From contig JAJYUZ010000002.1 in NCBI GenBank assembly GCA_021792255.1, positions 192,001 to 256,000 on the forward strand: 64,000 nt of DNA. The letters run 5' to 3'. The notes below the pieces were generated by a model, which was not told the origin of the DNA, did not search any database, and saw only the letters and a list, made by a program, of their open reading frames with translations. Both the position numbers and the translations under genes were made by a program. Source of the stretch: Thermoplasmata archaeon (GTDB taxonomy: Archaea; Thermoplasmatota; Thermoplasmata; Thermoplasmatales; GCA-001856825). Each line of letters opens with the position of its first letter. Position 1 is the first letter of the stretch. Of the stretch, positions 58,365-64,000 are shown piece by piece.

Positions 58365-59229
58365 CTCGATACCTCCTTGATAGTTTGTCGGCATATTTCG
58401 TTTGGGGGAAATGGGGCTCACTCTCCAGTACTTTTATGCACTCTTTAAGACTCATTCCAAATCCCCTAGAAACGATGTATTTTCCCATCTTCTCACCAAT
58501 CTTCTTGGTACCCAAAAAGATGCCATTTCCTTTCTCCGTACCTAGCAGCAAGCTCTTTGCAAGACCAATCGTTGCAGAATTCTTTGTAACCCCGACTAGA
58601 GTTGCGACGCCTCTCTGGTCCCTATGAAGAATTCCGTTTCCATCTATCACGTTAATCAAATCTGTCTTGACCAAGGATTCAAAAATCTCACCTTCTCTTA
58701 AATAGAGATAATTTGGAATGTATGGCGATCTTGTCTCTTTTATAGAAATCTCGTAACTGATGGGTTCCTGAAAATCCACGGCGACTCCCACAGCTAATCT
58801 TCCCTTATAGGATACGTCCATAGCTCTCAACCCTCCCGAGTGTTCCACTCTCTTGTTGATGTCTATCCTGCCTATTTCTTCCCTAAATCTCTTTAGTGGA
58901 AAATTTGATTTGAATTCTCCGAATCTTACCTTGTCAAGATTCTCCACCTTCCCTCTGGAAATTATGATACCATCTCTTTTGAGCCTTCGTACCTTTTCCT
59001 TGACTCCGTCTGGATTGGTATAACCACCAAGAGTACCATCTGACATAATGACCCTGTAGCACGGATAGGTGTCAGGATACTGATTCTCAGAGAGCATCTC
59101 TCCGACCGCTCTCGAAGCTATTACGTCTCCTAGCTGACGTGCCATGTCCCCATAGGTAGATACAAATCCTTCAGGGATCTGAGCAAGAAGCCTGTAGAAT
59201 TCTTCGTAAATGTCAGGCTTGCTGATCAT
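58330..59229 (-). CDS. O6-alkylguanine alkyltransferase - endonuclease V fusion
   Basis: IPEGFVSTYG, RAVG, PCYRV; then DVSY, YIPNYLYLRE, DGNGILH, IGLAKS. Confidence 0.9.
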   Translation of the reverse strand: MISKPDIYEEFYRLLAQIPEGFVSTYGDMARQLGDVIASRAVGEMLSENQYPDTYPCYRVIMSDGTLGGYTNPDGVKEKVRRLKRDGIIISRGKVENLDKVRFGEFKSNFPLKRFREEIGRIDINKRVEHSGGLRAMDVSYKGRLAVGVAVDFQEPISYEISIKETRSPYIPNYLYLREGEIFESLVKTDLINVIDGNGILHRDQRGVATLVGVTKNSATIGLAKSLLLGTEKGNGIFLGTKKIGEKMGKYIVSRGFGMSLKECIKVLESEPHFPQTKYADKLSRRYRDEILLTQDSLR

Positions 59230-60136
59230 TAATGCTAACTTCCATCTCCATCAGTTCATCTGCGGCTGTCACATTTGGAAAAATTGACCTTGCCTCTTCG
59301 ACTATTGGTCCTATGTCGATGTACCTTGGACTGAAATGAACCAAGACGAGTCTCTTAGTATTGGAATCTCTAGCTTGAATACCCGCATCTTTTCCAGTTG
59401 AGTGACCATAAGATATTACTTTGTTTTCGTTGCTCTTTTCTCCCGTGGACTCGTGAATCAGAATAGTGGAATTCCTGAAAAAATTTGTAAGGCTTTCGTC
59501 CTTCCTCGTGTCTCCGGAATATGATATTTTCCTTCCCTTTCTGACTCCCGCCGAAATGTCTTCGAGACGGATCGTCTTTCCGTTCACCTTAACGGCTCCT
59601 TCTCTTCTTATCTTTTCAAGCAGATTTCTTGGAACCTTCTGTTCTTGAATCTTTGCTTCTTCCAATTTCGCATAGTCCCTTTCAATCAAAGAATAGCTTA
59701 GGGCTGGAATGGTATGATTTGCCTTTGCATAGGCGATGGAATAGTCTCCGAAGTCCAGTGATGAATTTCCCCTCAGTTCTTCAATCCTGATTTCGAAATT
59801 TAGCGAGTAGTATCCTATCGACAACAGATTTCCCAGCACGGTTGATGCACCTACGGGACCGTAAATTTCAAGTGGATCTGTTCTTCCATAAAAGCTCATA
59901 GTCTGTATTAGTCCCGGCAACCCGAGAAAGTGATCGCCGTGGAAGTGAGTTATGAAAATTCTTTTTATCTTCATCAGCGAAAGAGAACTCTTCATCAGGG
60001 ACGTTTGAGTGCTCTCTCCACAATCAAAGAGAATAGCTTCGTCGTTGATCCTTATTCCAATGCTGAGGGTATTTCTTTGAGGCGTTGGCCACGAACCTCC
60101 TGTCCCCAGAAAATAGACTCTAATGGAGGATATCAT
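59213..60136 (-). CDS. rnz: Ribonuclease Z
   Basis: LGTGG..P, DCGE, THFHGDH, SGDT, HEST, HST, HFSPRY. Confidence 0.95.
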   Translation of the reverse strand: MISSIRVYFLGTGGSWPTPQRNTLSIGIRINDEAILFDCGESTQTSLMKSSLSLMKIKRIFITHFHGDHFLGLPGLIQTMSFYGRTDPLEIYGPVGASTVLGNLLSIGYYSLNFEIRIEELRGNSSLDFGDYSIAYAKANHTIPALSYSLIERDYAKLEEAKIQEQKVPRNLLEKIRREGAVKVNGKTIRLEDISAGVRKGRKISYSGDTRKDESLTNFFRNSTILIHESTGEKSNENKVISYGHSTGKDAGIQARDSNTKRLVLVHFSPRYIDIGPIVEEARSIFPNVTAADELMEMEVSINDQQA

Positions 60137-61227
60137 CCTGATCTACCGAGTATCTTGAGTTCTACTTCGTTCATCTCTTCTGGGCTGCTCTTGGTTCTTG
60201 GTCTAGAGGGGAGGAAGTGACAGTCACACGATGAGGTATCAGAAAGGAAGATGTCGAAAGCTCCAATTTTCTCCGAAAGTCTTTCGATTTCGATCTTGTC
60301 AAACCCGATTAGCGGTCTGAATACTGGGATATTGACCTTCTCCTCTATTGTATTCAGGTTATCGAGGGTCTGACTTGCCACCTGACCTAAATCCTCTCCT
60401 GTTATAATCGCTTTCCCTCCGATTTCCCTTGCATAGTTTTCTCCCTCCTTGTACATCTCTCTCTTGCAGAAGATGCACGTCCACCTTTGCTCCTTGCTCT
60501 TCCTGAGTTCCATCACAGTCTTCCCGATCATTTTTCTATGGTCCATGACCTTAATCTCAATAGGATAGGGGGAATACTGTTCCAGCAGTTCTTTGTTCCT
60601 GAATACCTTCTCGAGAGTTCTGGAACTCTGAAAATAGTGAATAAGATTCAGTTCCATTCCCCTCTTCATCATCATATACGCAGCTACAGGGGAGTCGATT
60701 CCCGCAGATATCAGAGCAACACCCTTGCCCTGGGATCTAACTGGCATTCCACCTACTCCTTGAACTGTCACTTCGTAAATATAAGTAAATCTCGATCCAA
60801 TGTCAATTCCTATATTCTTCTCATAGTTGAATAGGTCCACCTTCGCTCTGGGATTCGCATCAAGAACTAATTCGCCAAGTTTAGCAGAAAACTCTTGTGA
60901 AGTGATCGGAAAATTCTTATCTCTCCTATTAACGGTGACTCGAAAACTCCCATTGACTTCGATTCTCACCACTCTCTTCACTATTTCTTCGACGCTGGAT
61001 GGTATCCTCTCCACGGCAGAAAAGGAGGAGATGCCAAATATTTTTGATAGCAAATGATCTACTCTTTCTTCTGATTCGACTATCAATCTGGATTCTTCCG
61101 TGTTCACGCGACCCTTGACAGAACTTTCGTTCAGTTTTGCCATGATATTTCTCGCAAGAAGCTCCTCGAAATAGTTCCTATTATCACCTTTAGTACCTAT
61201 TTCTGAATATCTGACGAGGGTTAGCAC
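60133..61227 (-). CDS. thiI: tRNA 4-thiouridine synthase (THUMP + PP-loop, CxxC type)
   Basis: RYSEIGTKG, SAGIDSPVA, CIFCKR, GEDLGQVASQT, RPLIG. Confidence 0.93.
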   Translation of the reverse strand: MLTLVRYSEIGTKGDNRNYFEELLARNIMAKLNESSVKGRVNTEESRLIVESEERVDHLLSKIFGISSFSAVERIPSSVEEIVKRVVRIEVNGSFRVTVNRRDKNFPITSQEFSAKLGELVLDANPRAKVDLFNYEKNIGIDIGSRFTYIYEVTVQGVGGMPVRSQGKGVALISAGIDSPVAAYMMMKRGMELNLIHYFQSSRTLEKVFRNKELLEQYSPYPIEIKVMDHRKMIGKTVMELRKSKEQRWTCIFCKREMYKEGENYAREIGGKAIITGEDLGQVASQTLDNLNTIEEKVNIPVFRPLIGFDKIEIERLSEKIGAFDIFLSDTSSCDCHFLPSRPRTKSSPEEMNEVELKILGRSG

Positions 61228-61407
61228 AAGGGTCTAAAGTATCCTATTTTATCAATCTTTCTTAGTTCTCTCACGCACTCGAAGTCACGAAAGAACCTAT
61301 TAAATCCATCGCCGTTGTCGGACCCAAGAATCGACATTTTTTCGACACGATTTGTTTTAAAAATCTCAAAATAAAGATTAATAGTGACGGCGCATATAAG
61401 CTAGAAA

Positions 61408-62019
61408 ATGATTCTCTCCGATGAGTTTCTACACATAACGATAGAACTTTTTGTCGTAGTAGACCCATTTGCTGCAATGATTATGTTCATAACCTTTGCT
61501 CGGGGGGAGACAGAAAAGGAAAGGATGAGACTAGCCAATGACGCCACTATATCGAGTTTCCTGATTCTCCTTTTCTTCGCGTTTGCAGGCTATTATATTC
61601 TCCTCTATTTTGGAATATCTATAGCGGCTCTGGAGATCGCTGGAGGTATCCTGATACTATTGACGAGTATAGAAATGGTCACCGAGGGAGACAAACCTTC
61701 AGGGAAAAAAGGTACGGGTGTGGAGGGATCTGAAAAGAGAGATGTCGGAATAGTTCCCCTGGGAACACCACTGCTGGCTGGACCAGGAGCAATATCACTG
61801 GTCATACTCTTAATGCACGATTACAATCCAGTACTAGTGGTACTGGCAATAGTTGTGGTATCTGCTATCACCTTCATTCTCTTCCTTTCTAGCTTTTACA
61901 TTTACAAAATTATAAAAGAGAAGGGAGCGAGGGCTCTCACAAGAGTTTTCGGTATTTTGGTCGCAGGATTTGCCGTTCAATACATACTCACTGGAGCGCT
62001 TCATTTTTTTAACCTATGA
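61408..62019 (+). CDS. MarC family membrane protein
   Basis: VVVDP, IAGGIL, VPLGTPLLAGPGAI. Confidence 0.93.
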   Translation: MILSDEFLHITIELFVVVDPFAAMIMFITFARGETEKERMRLANDATISSFLILLFFAFAGYYILLYFGISIAALEIAGGILILLTSIEMVTEGDKPSGKKGTGVEGSEKRDVGIVPLGTPLLAGPGAISLVILLMHDYNPVLVVLAIVVVSAITFILFLSSFYIYKIIKEKGARALTRVFGILVAGFAVQYILTGALHFFNL

Positions 62020-62060
62020 ATTGTCCCAGTTTATTAACAAGGTAGAATTATGGTAATCTA

Positions 62061-62657
62061 ATGAGCGTCATCAAGGCAGATATCGCGAACGTGCAGACCA
62101 TTGTAGACGCGATGGCAAGAGGACCAGTGGTTCTGCCGACCGAAACCCTATATGCCTTGGCGGTTCCGATAAGCAACAAATCAGGTTACGATGCGGTGTA
62201 CAAGCTCAAGAACATAAAAATGCAGACAGCGAGTCCTATAGGCTTCTACGGTCTGAGAGATATGGAAAAATATTGTGTGATGGACGAAGGCGCAAAGAAC
62301 ATAGTCAGGAAGATTTTGCCAGGTCCGTTGACGCTTATTCTGAGGTCTAAGATGGATGCTCACTGGGTGGTGAATGAACGGATTGCAGCAAGGATTTCCT
62401 CAAGTCTGCTCGTGAGAGAGATCGTAAGGAAAGTCGGACCCATCACTCTGGTTGGAGCAAACATAAGGGGATTCAGATCTTCATCAAACCTTCAAGAAAT
62501 AATCGGACAGTTCGGGAACAAAATAGATCTCTATGTCAATGGAGGAGAGATCAGCGGTATTCCTTCCGCTATCTACGACTATACGATAAAGAAAATGCTG
62601 AGGGACGGAGTGATCACCCTCAAGTCGATAAAGGAGGCAGAACGTGGAATACGATGA
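62061..62657 (+). CDS. YrdC/TsaC (Sua5) family protein, motif-divergent
   Basis: PTETLYAL, PGPLTLIL; KxR and SxN motifs altered. Confidence 0.8.
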   Translation: MSVIKADIANVQTIVDAMARGPVVLPTETLYALAVPISNKSGYDAVYKLKNIKMQTASPIGFYGLRDMEKYCVMDEGAKNIVRKILPGPLTLILRSKMDAHWVVNERIAARISSSLLVREIVRKVGPITLVGANIRGFRSSSNLQEIIGQFGNKIDLYVNGGEISGIPSAIYDYTIKKMLRDGVITLKSIKEAERGIR

Positions 62658-63507
62658 TTATGTTCAGTCGGGAAAGGTAGCTTCAAAGGCAAGACGGGAA
62701 GGATACAAAATGATAGAGGAAGGCTTTGAGCTCAGAAAGCTTGCGGATTATCTCGAAGACCTCATAAGGAGCGAGGGAGCAAATATAGGATTTCCCGTCA
62801 ATCTTTCCATCAACCACGAGGCAGCGCATTTTACCCCTGCCCCGGATACCGACGTGAGGTTTCAGCAAGGAGATCTGGTAAAGCTTGATCTGGGTGCGGA
62901 GATAAACGGATGTCTAGCAGATACGGCAGTGTCGAAAGAAGTGACTACCGATAAATGGACAAGCCTCATAAAGGCATCCGAAGAGGCCACGGAAAACGCA
63001 ATCAAAAAGGTGAAGGTAGGGGCCTTAACCTCTGAAATAGGAAGGGAAGTGGAAGCAACGATCAAGAGATATGGATACAACCCAATTTACAACCTCACCG
63101 GTCACACTCTTGAAAAATATGTACTTCACGCAGGCACTCCTTTTCCAAATTATGACGATGGATCAAGGGTCAGATTGTATCCCGGAATGACGTTTGCGAT
63201 TGAACCTTTTGCTACAACTGGTAAAGGAAGGGTCAAAGGTCTTGAATTTGGCAACATAATGCTCTGCCTGAAAGAGGACTCGGAGGACTCAATGAAGACT
63301 CTTAGGAAAGTGTCAAGAGGTCTACCATTCTCGATGAGGGACGCAGCAAGAACCTTTGAGAATTATGACTATGTGATAAAAGAGGCCCAGAAGAAGAAGT
63401 ATCTTTATTTTTATCCCATACTGAAAGAGACCAAGGGAGAAATGGTAGCGCAAACTGAACACTCCATCTTTCTAAGAGAAGACGGCCCAGTCATAACAAC
63501 TTTGTAA
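62644..63507 (+). CDS. map: Type II methionine aminopeptidase
   Basis: AAHFTP, KLDLGA, ADTA, NLTGH, AIEPF, QTEHS. Confidence 0.96.
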   Translation: MEYDDYVQSGKVASKARREGYKMIEEGFELRKLADYLEDLIRSEGANIGFPVNLSINHEAAHFTPAPDTDVRFQQGDLVKLDLGAEINGCLADTAVSKEVTTDKWTSLIKASEEATENAIKKVKVGALTSEIGREVEATIKRYGYNPIYNLTGHTLEKYVLHAGTPFPNYDDGSRVRLYPGMTFAIEPFATTGKGRVKGLEFGNIMLCLKEDSEDSMKTLRKVSRGLPFSMRDAARTFENYDYVIKEAQKKKYLYFYPILKETKGEMVAQTEHSIFLREDGPVITTL

Positions 63508-64000
63508 CCTGTCTGTCCACTTCAGCGTACAGCTGGTCCAAGCTCCCGTTGCTGTCCACGTACACAAGGTTGTGTATCTTTCCCTTAAGGCTGTAATAAA
63601 GATTTTGGACTCCCTCAAGGTACTCCTTCTTCTCAAACCTTGATGCTGCTCCTCGCCTCATCACTCTTCGAAGTGCTATTTCAACGTCACAGTACAGCAC
63701 GAATACGTGAGTGGGCAATACGGGAAGCAGTTTAGCAGTGCTTACAAAGAACTCATAATAGTGGTCCACATCTTCAAACAGCCTGCTCAGGTAGTATCCC
63801 TGATAAGCGTAGCTGGAATAGAGCGATCGATCAGATACGACATTTCCCGGACTCTTTTTATCCCTCAGCATGACCGCCCTGTCCGCCATGAATAAGAAGA
63901 AATCAGTCACAGGATCCCAGTTGTTTTCGGATATCAGTGAACCAATACGACCTGTGGACGGCTCCTGTACAACGGAGAAATTAAACTTCTCAACAATGTG
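63491..64000 (-). CDS. tmk: Thymidylate kinase, 3' part; start lies beyond the window
   Basis: Frame open to the window end (..QEPSTG..); FMADRA, SDRSLYSSYAYQG, SRFE. Confidence 0.9.
   Translation of the reverse strand, partial: HIVEKFNFSVVQEPSTGRIGSLISENNWDPVTDFFLFMADRAVMLRDKKSPGNVVSDRSLYSSYAYQGYYLSRLFEDVDHYYEFFVSTAKLLPVLPTHVFVLYCDVEIALRRVMRRGAASRFEKKEYLEGVQNLYYSLKGKIHNLVYVDSNGSLDQLYAEVDRQVTKLL

Noticed and set aside
202-63895. Many short antisense or alternate-frame ORFs in the track (e.g. 452-787, 13335-13898, 33227-33685)
   Set aside because: They are shadows of well-supported genes on the other strand or frame.
1-64000. CRISPR array, cas genes, integrase, intact transposase, rRNA
   Set aside because: No regularly spaced repeats or matching protein/RNA motifs were found by eye.

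Overview
Archaeal chromosomal window, most consistent with Thermoplasmatota/Thermoplasmata: it has an HU-type chromatin protein, the L7Ae-S28e-L24e-ndk-aIF5B-aEF1beta cluster, type II MAP and an AGT-EndoV fusion. About 1-28.8 kb and 52.9-64 kb are mostly housekeeping (tRNA modification, translation, threonine/one-carbon metabolism). After tRNA-Cys(GCA) at 28712 lies an accessory region: two RelE toxin-antitoxin pairs, a mercuric reductase cassette bracketed by diverged 64-bp direct repeats, and a ~17.5 kb catabolic locus (saccharopine-dehydrogenase-like enzyme, three tandem SCP2 proteins, permeases, Ntn and nitrilase-type amidases, GH4/GH1/GH125-like glycosidases, deacetylase, SIS protein). 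Four observations stand out. (1) A bacterial-type queuosine-branch gene set in an archaeon: true QueF and bacterial-type TGT, plus QueC and QueD. (2) An unannotated three-hairpin H/ACA guide RNA at about 13993-14185 (-), with a readable 23S rRNA helix-69 target. (3) A three-gene operon ending in a VirD4/HerA-type ATPase fused to a PD-(D/E)XK nuclease. (4) The triple-SCP2 catabolic operon. All calls come from motif recognition by eye; no database searches were run.
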